Shown: piece after piece, positions 1 through 12,800 of the stretch
Layout: the number at the start of each line of letters is the position of its first letter
Position numbering within the stretch: the stretch's first letter is position 1
Origin: Bugula neritina
Taxonomy: Eukaryota > Animalia > Bryozoa
NCBI GenBank assembly: GCA_964035545.1
Contig: OZ037770.1
Location: 10,174,973-10,238,972, forward strand
Direction of reading: 5' to 3'
DNA: 64,000 nucleotides
Made by a program: the position numbers and the translations under genes
Notes under the pieces: model-generated
The model's database searches: none
What the model was told of the DNA's origin: nothing
Seen by the model: only the letters and a program-made list of their open reading frames with translations

Positions 1-723
1 CAACATAGAAAGTATAAATTAAGAAAGTCGAAGAGGCCTGCACTAAATCACATAGTAATTGAGTTGATAAATCAATCTCACGGCATCCTGTTTACATGAA
101 CACACATTGGAGCTAAATGTCAGGTAATGCAACTGAATACATTTACAACTTGCAGATTGATAAACTATTATGGCAATTACTATGCGGTAATTAACAAAAA
201 TAAACTATAAACTTTATCTGAACATTATAACCAACTGCAAAATAAATAAAGAGGCATGCAGCATCCTCAAAAAAAAACAAAATTGAGTCAAAATCTACCT
301 GTGAATGATTCATTGAAATAATTACAGAGCAACAACACACATAGTAAACAGTAAACAAATATAATATAGTAACATGTGTATCCATTCACCATCTGATTGT
401 TGTGAAAACTGCACTGCTGCCTTTAGATATAAATTTCACAGGCAGCGTAGCGACATCACATACGTGGAGACATCTTGTACATAATTTTGTAACCTGGATT
501 CACCAGATGTTAAACATATAAATAGAAAGCAAATCTCAATAAGTGTACCTAGCACCTGCTCAAACACAATGAAGTCCTTAGCCAAAGAAGTGGTGTCACC
601 GGTGTGAGTCACATGATCAGAGATGTATAGTCACATGACGCGAGCAGAGGTCACATGACATCTTCATGCTTTCTACCTAGCCTTTGTTCTAGAGTTGATG
701 CAGCCTGTCCATTGTGACGGACA

Positions 724-3700
724 TCACATGCCCTCTGTGTTGTCATATGGACTGGGCAAAGGCTCTAACACAAATCCTGTCTGAGACTACAATATAAATA
801 TATTGTAGAGAAGACAACTCTTGAGAAATCAAATGGTATGAAAAATTAAACTACTCCCTCCCTCTATATCTCACTAAGCTAGGGGCCCCAAAAACTTCAA
901 TGACAGGCGAAAAGCAGCACACATGTACTGACATTGAGAATGATGTTGACGATAAACTCATTAGGTTTTACCTGAATTGGCCTCTGCAAGGGATGACCGA
1001 GCATCTTGGCAAACGCATCAAACACTTTGGTCGGAGTTCGAGCAAACTGAAAATACACAAATAGTTCAGGAATAAACATGCAGCCCAGCTTATGAGTTGA
1101 GATTCAATAAAATAAAATAAATTTCCTTGTCAGAAAGGCAGAACATAAAAAAATTAAAATTTTTTAATTAAACTGAGAAGCAAATAAAACATCAGCGAAT
1201 TACAGTGCTCCCTCCATATCTCACTAAGCTATACAGTGCTCCCTCCATATCTCACTAAGCTATGGGTCCCGAAACTTTAATTCAAGACATATTACAATAC
1301 CAGATTTGAATCACAGATCAGTTAAATTTGGCCATTTTGTCCCTATACATGTACATAAGCAACAAAATAGAGTCCAAGCCCTTCCCTTGACCTATGGAAT
1401 TTCGTGAGAACTGGAACCGTGAGATATAGAGGGAGCACTGTAGTTGTAAAATTTATATTTATGAAGCAAGCAAATGTATACATGGCCAGTACTTGCTAAC
1501 TACAAGATTAATAGATATCTTACGTCGAATATGTAAGAGAACCCACGAGTGTCAAGGAAACATAACTCCTGGAAAATATCTTGAGCCTGATTGTAATTGG
1601 CTGGTGGTTCGTGGAAATAGACTATATCCATAAAGAAACAGGGAGACCCAGACAGAAGGTTCTGGAAATAGTCAACACTTACAAGTTAAAGGTTACATGA
1701 TAGTACTATATTATATAACTATTGAAGGTAGCAAGATACAATAATTTAATGACTCAACATTGTTAGTCAATTGTTAGTCATAACTTACTAAAAATTATTC
1801 TAATCAATGCATCTACGATAAATTGCATTGATATGGGGATTCCCAAAGTAGCAGTTGTATTGCATTATTGCAAACGTAATGTTATGAATTGTTATGTAAT
1901 ATTAAAATTTTATTTCAGAAATCCAACTATTGTTGTAAATAATTTAAATTCTGTGAATTCAAGATCCACTTGATATTTTTACGAGGATCAGAATTAGAGT
2001 GGAATCAACTCAGTAATAGATCTGGTATTGCCTGTACACAGTAACACTCAGTAATAGATATGGTATTGCCTGTACACACCTGAGACTCATGACTGTCGAA
2101 TATAGGCAAGCAATGAGACCTGCCGTATATAAACACAACTCGTACAGTATATGGAGGAGCTGTGTTTTTCTCTATGGATATCAGAGGGGGCTTCGCCTGC
2201 AAAAATTAAACAAAATAAAACATATCAACTGTTAGTGAAGGTTAATAAGGGATGTACATGTGGGTCATTTCACTAATTTAGTACACGATATATATCTCTG
2301 GCTTTTGCTATTTATCACATGATTTGCTGCTAATGCATGTAATTTCTTGAATCGAACTGGTTAAATAATAACAAATACAACTGAAAGGTTTTTTCTTAAT
2401 TTCGCTTGATTTTCTATGTTTTATCCTATTTTTTAGTGAATTTGGGTGTGCGGACGTGATGAAAATTGCACGAAACTACATACATTAGCTATTAAACTGT
2501 GCAAAATAGCTAAAGACTAGATATATAGTGTGTACTAAATTTAGTAAAATGACTCATGTATACATAGTAACATGACTAGTGGAAAAATAGTAAAACCTAA
2601 AAACTTAACAGTTTACTTTTCAACTAAAAGATTTAAATAAAATAAATCCACACAATTAACTTCTCTTAATCATAGCATAAATATACTAGAGTCGCTTAGA
2701 GGTCTAGTAGAGAGCTGCTGTATATGCAAAGCCTAAAGTAAATTATACAGTTACACCTACTAAACTGATAGTGTACACCAGCATTATATACATATATCTA
2801 CAATACGGCAGCCCAATTTATGAAGACGAACTATTTTTGTGCTGACACAAAAGTAGAACTAGTCTAGGTTGCTGTCAATTTAACATTTAAAGTGCATGTA
2901 CTTTTTTCAACTAGACCTAATTTTTAATGTAAGTGACCTAATTCCTAGTGTAAGTGACCTAATTCCAAGAGTAAGTGACCTAATTCCTAGTGTACGTGAC
3001 CTAACTATGCCACCACCCCCACATTTATAAACATCACTTGGTAACAATACTCCCACTTTCTCATTAGCATAGCTGGAAACAACAGTCTACACTTTCAGAG
3101 TGTGAAATAGATTTAATGACTTAATGTAACAACATTGTTAGTACATTATTAATCATAACCTACAAATAATTAATCTATTAACCGTGGCAAGTAAATAACT
3201 TGCAGTGTAAAAAGGCAGAGCTTATGACTGAACACTACTTTGAACTGCAGTTGACAGAATAATCAAGAGAGACTTTTATGAAGGGAATTATCAGCACTTG
3301 CTAAGGAAACACTAATGATGGTAGTAATCGTGGCAATAGCAATTATTATAGTGGGGATAAAAATAATAATTTTAATTCACTAATAGTAATATACTAATTA
3401 TTATTATTATTGGTTGTATCACAGCTATTTTTGTTGGTGTAACCTTCTACCATAGGCCTAGTTCTACTAAGCTAGGATGGACAGAACTTTCCTCAAGATG
3501 TGAGCTGATCCTAGTAAGGCTGTCTGTTGAATCAGTGAGTAATCAGTATTCAATTATTAATAATATTGTTAACAAGAGTAGTTATATAGGCATATTACAG
3601 AGTGAACTGCATCACTCACCTTCTCAAGTATTAAATCAAACAGCGTGCTCATATCAAACTCGTCATCATTCTCCTGCAAGCAGTCCATGTTATCTATCTG

Positions 3701-6437
3701 CGTGAACAGTTCTTGTATGTCGGAGGTAAAATCCACTAGCCACAGAGCCTCATCTACAATCAGGCAGGGGAAGCAAATTCCTAAAGCATTGATGATGTCA
3801 CAGTAATTGAGTAATATTTCAAATATTTATAAACTTGGCTTCGCATAATTCTTTAGCAAAAATTTAAAAAAATGATACAAAATATGAAAAAATGTAATAG
3901 AAATGATCTTCAGAGTCATCAACTATACTTTTTCAGTTTTAATCAGAGTTGAAGTTTGATAAATTATATTTTGTGTTTCAGCAAGTTACATATTTCTATA
4001 CAAAAATCAAGGTCCAATGAAGCGTGTGGACAGATGATATCTAAGTAATACTTAGACTGCTAGATAATCATAGTGATTACTGCCATACCTAACATGAGTA
4101 CCATAGCAAAGGTATGCTTATTCGCCGGGTCGCATACAGAGAGCTTGTTGGATATAAACAGTTTCAGGGCTTTCTTTACGATCTCCATCGCTAAAACACA
4201 GAACTCAATTATTAACTTGCATTGCCTTTCTTCAAAAGTCACATCTTCTGTACATGTATATCGATGGCGCCGATAAACATCCTGTCACAAGGGGCAAATT
4301 ACTCCACAAACCAATAGCAGAGACTTCCCACAGGTGGAAAAATTGAGCTGTTGGTGCAGATTTAAAACATTCAAATCTAACTGCCTGAGTACTGTTTGAA
4401 CATTTTGCTTCTCACTGTTGAAGTTTTATGTTTTATTTCAATCAATTGTTCCCTATTGAGAATCATGAATGAGGCTTCAAAATAAAAAAATAAAACTTTT
4501 GGCAGTAAAGTAAGGGGCGAATACAGATTTTGTTTCGGCTAGAAAGTGTGTGACGGGTAGCTCCCGCAGCGGGTTTTCACTGCGTAAGGTTTCTCATCTG
4601 CTATGACAGGACTTTGAAATGTACTAAAACAGTTGGAAAGTAGCATCCACACCAGTAGACAATCACATGATACAACTCGGCTGTTATACTAGAGTTCTGC
4701 ATTAGCCTCAAGTTGATCAAAGTGGCAGAAAGCTGCTCAGACATTGAATGGCTTATAACAACAAATATAGACAAAGATGTCTATTCTAACAGTTCAAAGT
4801 CAAATCCGTGGAAAATCTATTAAAACAACGATTTGCAAATTTAAAAAAACTTTTTTTTGTCAAGAAAAACTCAAGCTATAAACACTTCAGTTTAAATAAA
4901 GTTATATATTCTTGTAGAGTTGATCACCTGAGAAAGAAGTACCAGCTTTAGCCCTGTACCTCCGTTCATTCATCTCGGATGATATATCCACACATATGAC
5001 TATCTTCTCAGCACAGTTGACTTTGGACAGCTTCTGTGTGGGTAGTTCAGTGCTCTGTGACGAAGATAGAGATTCTTCTAGATCCTCTTCTCTGGCAGCT
5101 TCTACCGTGAAACATTAAGTCATGTGACTAAACATGAAATCATGTGACTAAACATTAAGTCATGTGACTGAACATTAAGTCATATGGCTCAACAATAAGT
5201 CGTGTGGCTAAACATTAGGTCACATGACTCAACAATAAGTCATGTGACTAAACGTAAGAGTTCACTAAACTCTATAATTAAAGTAAAACTTGGCTACGTC
5301 ATTGATTGCAGTAATAAAGTAAATAAATATACAAAGTGCTTCAGCTTCTGCTCTTTATTTCAATGGTAATGTTATAAACACATTACTATTTTATCATTCT
5401 AAAATATTGCAACTTTGTATTTTTTGTACTGTGAGTAAAATTGAAATTTTTATTAGTGCCTTTTCAGTTTTGTGGTTTCACTCGTTTACTTGTACACTGT
5501 AATACAAGTATAATGAGTATAGTTTTATTCCTTGGATTCCTAATAATAGGAGACAGCTGCCCTATTTGCAGCTAAATGGGGGCAAACTTTTCGACTGTGG
5601 CCAAATGCAACAGAAGTTTATCACTAAGTATGCCTAATTCTGCTAACGGCTTAAACTTGAAAAGATGTTTTTTTCTAAGTGAGTAGCTTAATAACACAAC
5701 TAGAATCTGCATACTCTTGGTTTAAATAAAAAATTATGATAAAACTGATGCACTGTGGCAAAATAACAAAATATCTATTTTAACACACTTTCAAATTGAA
5801 ATATTTTTTTACTTTTATTATTATGATCTAATTGTGAAACTGAATCGATTTGCATACTATCCGACAACTAAAACACATATAAAAAAACCAACGCTGTTAT
5901 ATAGTCACCATCCCTGTGAGAAAACCCCTGATGGGAAAGGATTTTGTTAAATAGGGCTATAGACTCATTCAGATGGGCAGTGGGCACAGGAGCAATTATG
6001 ACTGGATGCTCTTCCTAACATCACCAATGGCCTTTGCAGGGGTTCGAACCCATGACTTTGTGTTTACTAAGCCAAACGCTCCAACCCCTAGATCACGGCT
6101 GTTCCACCTACTATTAGACAAGTAAAGCACATACAATATTATACAAACCACTTTCCAGGTGATCAGGTACTGCTGTGTGTTGGTTGTCTTCAGTAACTGT
6201 GTGAGCAGGTAACCTCTCAGAGGTGGCTGAGCTACCTACTGCATTTGACTTGATTGTATTACTAGATTCTCTATAAGAGTATGAGCCTATATTCTCTTTG
6301 ATGTTAGTTGTTACGGTGGGCTGAGTCTGGGAGACTGTTGCCTTTGAGGGAGATGTCTTGCTAGTGCTTGCAGCATTATTTGTTTCATTAACATCATCCG
6401 AACTTGGTAATAAATTCAAATCTTCATCGATTTCCAT
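724..6437 (-). CDS. BABAM1: BRISC and BRCA1-A complex member 1 (MERIT40/NBA1), VWA-like domain, 363 aa
   Basis: Phase-consistent GT-AG exons 6149-6437, 4928-5101, 4089-4190, 3620-3753, 2080-2196, 1524-1661, 972-1046, 724-786 (1092 nt). Peptides VNCAEKIVICVDISSEM, PPYTVRVVFIYGRSHC, PCFFMDIVYFH and AKMLGHPLQRPIQ resemble BABAM1 motifs as I recall them (VNCPEKVIICLDLSEEM, PPYVVRTILVYSR, AKLLAHPLQRP). Confidence 0.93.
1203..1440. mobile_element. Tc1/mariner-type MITE (CAGTGCTCCCTC termini, TA flanks), left end duplicated
   Basis: TA-CAGTGCTCCCTCCATATCTCAC...GTGAGATATAGAGGGAGCACTG-TA; the 31-bp end unit is present twice. A related copy lies inverted at 18074-18333 and a fragment at ~856-900. Confidence 0.8.
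2255..2560. mobile_element. Degenerate MITE with ~55-bp terminal inverted repeats
   Basis: Left TACATGTGGGTCATTTCACTAATTTAGTACACGATATATATCT versus reverse complement of right end TACATGAGTCATTTTACTAAATTTAGTACACACTATATATCT. Confidence 0.65.
2928..3004. repeat. 21-bp minisatellite (TGTAAGTGACCTAATTCCTAG) x~3.7
   Basis: Direct tandem copies visible in a BABAM1 intron. Confidence 0.85.
5110..5253. repeat. 20-bp minisatellite (AAACATTAAGTCATGTGACT) x7
   Basis: Tandem copies next to the acceptor of BABAM1 coding exon 2. Confidence 0.9.
5897..6105 (-). mobile_element. tRNA-derived SINE, family A
   Basis: Reverse strand has an A-box-like head (GTGATCTAGGGGTTGGAGC), B-box GGTTCGAACCC, body GGTGATGTTAGGAAGAGCATCCAG and tail CAGGGATGGTGACTATA, shared with copies at 23225, 38532 and 19594. 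Confidence 0.8.
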
Positions 6438-7419
6438 ATTTCAGACTATTTATAACTTTTGAATCCCTAAAAAAGGGCAACAGAACTTAAAACAAGATTA
6501 AATGTTTATTTATTTTAAACTTTATATGATGTTAACTAAAAAATGTCAAAAGGAAGCTTTGTTTGTTGATCGGTTTTGATAATACCTATAGATAGAAGCA
6601 AAATATTGCTAGAATATCACCACATTATCACGCTTCTACTCATGCTACTAGTGATACTAGTAACTTCTATACATAATTGTTTTTAACACCAGAGCTATTA
6701 CACCTTCAACAAGAACAGCTTTTGCACAACTGTCCATATAATATGTGGACAGTTGTGCAAGAATTAAATTATTGGATACCCACTATGACTATCAGTGACT
6801 ACACATTTAGCCTTACACTACCATTGACTATGATACTCATTATGACTAGGCTACCACTCTAACTATGTGACAATTAGTTCATTTCAATTGCCAACATATT
6901 TGACCTTTGAGTCAACTTGAAGGCTGGTGTAAAAGCTTACATTAGGCCTACTTAATCTTAATATCAGTATTTTTATCAAAGAATTATACCAACAATAATA
7001 TTGTAGTAATAATACTAATATACTTTAAATTTCATAATCAAAATTAAAAAATATGTTCATTTTCAGAATGACAAAACCTATTATTGTGACTATACTAACA
7101 AGTATCAATTATAATAATAATCACTGAATATCATAATGATAATGCCGATGGTACCAGGAAACCATAATGATTCATGGTATACTAAATAACTAATGCTTGC
7201 CCTTATACTAAGTCTAATACAGTTACTATTACTGTTGGTGCTACGCGATATCAATAATCAATATGAACACAAGTCGTCAAGCGGAATGAATTAGTTTTTG
7301 AAGTAAATATTAATACTAATAGACTATGATTCTTCTGCAACTGGGCCAGAAAAATATCAAGAAGATTAAGTTCAAAGTCAAAAAGTAAATATCAAACCGT
7401 CTAAAGCCGAAGGTAAAGG

Positions 7420-8460
7420 TTGAAAAGCTAAAGTAAAACTAAAACGGGAAAACTTAAACTAAAAGTAAAAACAAAAGAAAAACTAAAAGCAAAAGGAAAA
7501 AGCTAAGCTTACAGTTTGAGTTACTGAACTGTTTTACACCGTAGGCGTAACACGAACTGTAACTGTAAGTTTAGCCTTTGTCTTTAGTTTTACTTCTACA
7601 GCTACAGTTAGTGTTACACTGTAAGTGTAACACTAACAGTAACTGTAACTGTAAGTTTAGCTTTTGTCTTACGGAGTGAGAGTTACACAGGTTGAGGTTA
7701 CAGTGACTTACAGTTACAGTTAGACTTAGTGTTACACTTACACTAAAACTGATATACAATTACTATTACTATTACTATTAGTATTACTATTAGTATTACT
7801 ATTAGTATAAGTATTAGACATTAGTCATTACTATTACTATTACTATTACTATTAGTATTACTATTACTATTAGTATTACTCTATTAGTATTAGTATTACT
7901 ATTACAAAGCGAACCACAAAACTAATCAACGCTCAATTATATATCACAATTAAATAGTATTATCAATAAGAACAAAAACAACAAAATTATCAATAATAAT
8001 GGTAAATTACACAAGCAGGGTCAAGGTATTAAACTAAAAGTAAACAGTTGATAAATCATAAATGTTTAAACTTAAAGAGAAAGGGGAATATTCTAGCGGA
8101 AACGGAATATAAATATATCACAGCGATTAGTTCTTTAACCTTTTCCGTCCCTATGGAAGCGTCATATCCTTACACAACATGGCCGCACAAGCACTATAGC
8201 CATTGATAACGATACTGATGATAATTTTATGTTCATTAACATGACATTAATTATAATATTACTATTACCTATTACATTTATTATCACAATGCTTATTACT
8301 ATTATTATTGCTAAAACTATTAGTATTACTGTTCTTATTAATGTAGCTATAAGCATAAAGTTATCTTTATAACGAATATCAAAATTCAATATCATAATGA
8401 TAATCATGATATTCAATATGAATATGCTTTTACTTTTAAGTTTTAGTTTTACTTAACAAA
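7420..8460. repeat. Low-complexity tri/hexanucleotide tracts (AAAACT, ACTGTA, (TAC/TAT)n) flanking a short CpG-containing core
   Basis: Periodic sequence seen directly between the divergent BABAM1 and repeat-protein genes. Confidence 0.7.
8090..8190. promoter_or_regulatory. Candidate (bidirectional) core promoter
   Basis: CpG-containing island between head-to-head genes, with ETS-like GCGGAAAC/GGAAGC and YY1-like CAACATGGCCGC (8175-8186). Inference only. Confidence 0.35.
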
Positions 8461-9865
8461 CTAACACTGCTGATTACAGTCACAGTGTGGGTGTTGATGT
8501 TGTCGGAACTGTTAAAATTTAGTATGCAGTCAAAAGTACATATTTTTGAAATCTATTGTAGTTTTGGGCTTTATTTTAATGAGGATATCATTACATTTAG
8601 TTTTACTGATCATAAATTTCATAATGATAATGATAATCTGAAACCATCTTGGCTACATGTATTGATAATGGTGCATGATAATTATAATATAGTGTAAATC
8701 AGAGCTGGGTGAAAGTCATTGCTACTCCAGGTGAATGGCTAGGCAATTCAAGTCGAGCTTTTCTAGTCTAAATCAAGACAAGATACAACTTGAGTCGATT
8801 TAAATAAGCTTGAACTTGTTTTTACTTGCACAACCATTTACTATTTACTAAAGGTTGCATACAATTGATCAGTAGCTAAATGCCTTTAGCATTTAACCGA
8901 AAAAATGGTATCTTTTAATATAGCTATGTCCAAAAAACAATAATCAAACTAAAAATAACTTTGGCAGCAATAAATATAATTTTCAAACACCATTGAAAGG
9001 CACTGATGACTTAATTTATTAAAGCTGTTTCAATTAATGTATATTTGATAGCTAAAGTAATTTGAGTTAATCTTCAGTAAAACTGTATTAAACCAATTGT
9101 GTTTTGTAACAGGTTCATTTAAAATTTATACACTGCAAGTCATTTTAGTCTTCAATCAATATAATACTGAAAGAAGCTGTAATACTTGGTAACAAATCAA
9201 AACTGTTTCATGAATGAAATGATACTGAGTCATTTATAAACATAACTATTATTACACAGTAAAAATAAATAGATATATATGTGAACTACTAACTAGGAAT
9301 CCTAAGTTCTCGCCCCAGGAAGTATTTAAATAATTGTGATTTGGATTCAACTCTGATTTTAATTTAATATGTGTAGCATTCTACAATTATTTACATTAAT
9401 TTTTTAAAGTATTTTTTTGTTTTAGGTTAAGCAGTTAAGCAGTTTAATTTATTATAACTTTTAAAAATACAAACTGTAGGAAGGGGAAATGATTTCGAAT
9501 GTCAGGGTCTCAGTCTCTATCTACTACTCACAAAAGTGAAAAGAGCAAAGATCTTAAATGATTTAGCTGATTAGGGTTCCATCATGGTCTAGCATCTGAT
9601 GATATGTTTAGTTTTCACTACATATTTTAAACACACTTGTGCAAAACTGTCGCCGAAAACTACTGATTATATTTGTGTAGGTTTCTATATTCACTGAAAA
9701 AAAAACTGTGACTGCAATTATTTAGAAATAAATGCAAAATTTTCAGTATCCCATTTTCATTAGTTTGGTTTTCCCTAGTATAGAAAATTGCTAATTACAA
9801 ACTATAACATGTATACTACTTTTTTCCTTTCAAGTATTGGAACTACAAGCATTCCGTGCTCTAAA

Positions 9866-12800
9866 ATGGCCTCATCAAGGATAACCCTTCAAGGGGAAGC
9901 AAATCTAATTAGAAATCGTGGAACTATGGGATCAATTTTTAATATGGAAGACAATGTATCTAATGGGTGAGTAATCACTTGCACTGATTTATCCTTAACT
10001 TTACCTCAATTTATAGATTTTCATTAGATAGTGCGTCACAGCTGTTTGATTTGTATTGATTCTTTATTGATGATATTGATTATTTTGCATTCACATTAAA
10101 TAGTATCATAATATGTTTTTTATTTTAAATTATTATGTAATGATTTTTTTAAATAGGATCAGTTGTAAAATTAGTGTTTTGCTTGTGCAATATGGCAACA
10201 CTTGAATAAATATCCTAGGTAAGACAAAATAGATTAAACATTGCTGATGATAGATGAATATTATAATAAACTCTCTATTATATGTGGACATTAGATAAAA
10301 TTTATTCTTTTCTCCTAGATTTAACATTATTTTAGTTCCAGCACATTATAACTTGAACATAATTTAAATATCACTCATCTGACTGGTGTTGTATGCAGGT
10401 TTATTATATCTACTTGCTATCATTTGTATTTGATAATTATTTAAGTGTGAAGGTCATTTAAAGTTCATTCTCCGAGTTGTTTACATAATAAATATACCAA
10501 CCAAGGTTGAGAGTTGCTTTTAACAGAAGCAGATTGAACTTGCAGGGATTTATATATTTTAGTAATTGTTTTCTCTTTCTTTGAGCAAATATTGCATACC
10601 AAACACATGCCAAAAGTATATTGTTATTAGTAGATCACAACTTATTTACAGGGCAGATAACTCTTGCATTTGTCTTACTTTGTGTCATATTTTACAGTTT
10701 TTTTATAAACCAGCAACATAATCATGTTAAAGAGCTTACTGTTAGTTAGTAACATGAAATACGATTGGAACTGAAAGCCTTTTCAAAGCTATAGACATCT
10801 GTTCAAGTGCCGAGTCCATTTTCACCATTTTAGATATTTGTCTGCTCGTCCCTGCTCGCGTCTGACTACTCAGTCACATGACAACCAAGTAAGGTCAACT
10901 AAGGGCACAATGGAGAAGTTTTTGAAGGCAGATAATAATGTACACCAGGGCTTTGATAGCACTCCATGCGCTAGAGTGACTAACCAATCAGAGCCCAACT
11001 ACATCAAAGGTCAAGGTAAACTTATTCACGGTTAAAATTTTATCTCTTTGCAATCGGTATAATATAACATACACGGACTAGTCATAGTTATACTAGAATT
11101 ATGTCTAGGTTCATGGATTTATCTTATTATTTTATCGCTACTACTACTAGTCAGTAATTCATTGTTTCAAGAGAGAATTTAAATTTAAAAAATGAGGCAA
11201 CAAGACTACTTTCTGTAATAAAAAACTGTTTTAGGTACCATGGCCAAGTGGTTGAACGTTGAAGAGAACGTTTCATCAGGGTACGAATCTGCTCGTCCCG
11301 CACCAAGAGCCTGTCCATCGGAAACATCTCAAGTTATGAAAGAGAAATCCAAAGGTTGGAACAAACATTAACATAAACATTTTTAAATAAAAAATTTGTT
11401 TTATTCGAAATATTTGTGTTATGCATAACAAAGTAGCCTAAATTAACAAATGAACAATAACAAATTTTTGGTCCCAATTGGGATTGTAATAAAACCCAAA
11501 ATTGAAAGTTAAAATTTAATTGATTATACCAAACATTATTAGTTCATCTTTTGTTTGCTCTCAAAATCTAAGTAAATAATATTATTTTAAGGAGTGACGG
11601 GGGGGGGGGGGGGCGGTGGCGTCACTGACGTTTATCCTTTACAAGAATATTTTGCGCTTATACAATATTCTTACTGGGTTCATGTCATTATAACTATCTT
11701 AGAGAATTTGAATTTTGTTATTGAATAACTTTATACCCGTAAACTTGCAAAAATTTGTAGTAAAAATGACTTAGTATTGTGAAAAGCTGTTTGACTGAAA
11801 AATAATGATGAACTTAAGTTACAAGTTTTTCAGATAAAGTTACATGATAAAACAACTTGTACATTTTGGGTTTAGACATATACTATGTTATTTTGTGATA
11901 TATAGTTAATTATTGGTATTATTGTTTTAAATGTGTGCGGGTGTCTGTGCATGCGTACACACGTGGGGTTTATGTATTTATCTATAAACATATTTGTATT
12001 TTATTGTAAATACAGCTTTTAGAATGATAATTTTGACTAGTTTTTTTAGTATTGACTGAAAACTTTAGTATAAAAAGTCGAATTATTTGATTTTTTATGT
12101 ATTATAAATGTGTACCATAAAATAGAACACGTTTTATGTAGCTAGGGTTTCATTAGTTTTTAAGATTGCTTAATTAGCAAAATGTTATTTCAGATAGAGT
12201 AAATAACTCCAAATCTATTTTTGCAAATACGCTTTCTGCTAGTTTTGCATTATATAGGCCTGTATTTTACCTAAAATTTGCATAGCAAAAGGTTGCTAAG
12301 CTTTTGTATTATTCTCACTAAGCCTAGGGCCACACTGTGCGTATTTTCGCATGCGAAAATTGAAACCACAGGTAGCAAAGGTGTCCACTGTAGAGTCAGT
12401 GACGCGTGATAAATAAAGCTTTCATTTTTAAATCGCACTCGCTTTTAATAAAACACAATTTACTGGAATATAGCACTAAAATAAAAGAATTTAGCTCGCT
12501 AAAAACTACCAGCCAATTAGGTGACGACGACAGAGACGATTCGCACTTGCGTTCAGAATGCTGAGCGACAAGTGCAAATGTTTTCTCAACGCATAAAGTG
12601 GACACCTTTGCTACTCGTGGTTTAAATGTTCGCATGCGAAAATACGCACAGTGTGGCCCTAAGCTAAATCTTGGAATCATTTGAATTGATGCTGTACAAT
12701 GAGCAGACGACTCTCATTAGCATATAATATTTCTACCAGGTGTGATGTCAGAGTACATCGGAACCGACTCTGAATACAGATCTCTAGCAATAGAGAAGAA

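Noticed and set aside
11593-11625. Poly-G run flanked by AGTGACG/CGTCACT inverted repeat
   Set aside because: A 7-bp stem around a homopolymer is too short to support a functional claim.
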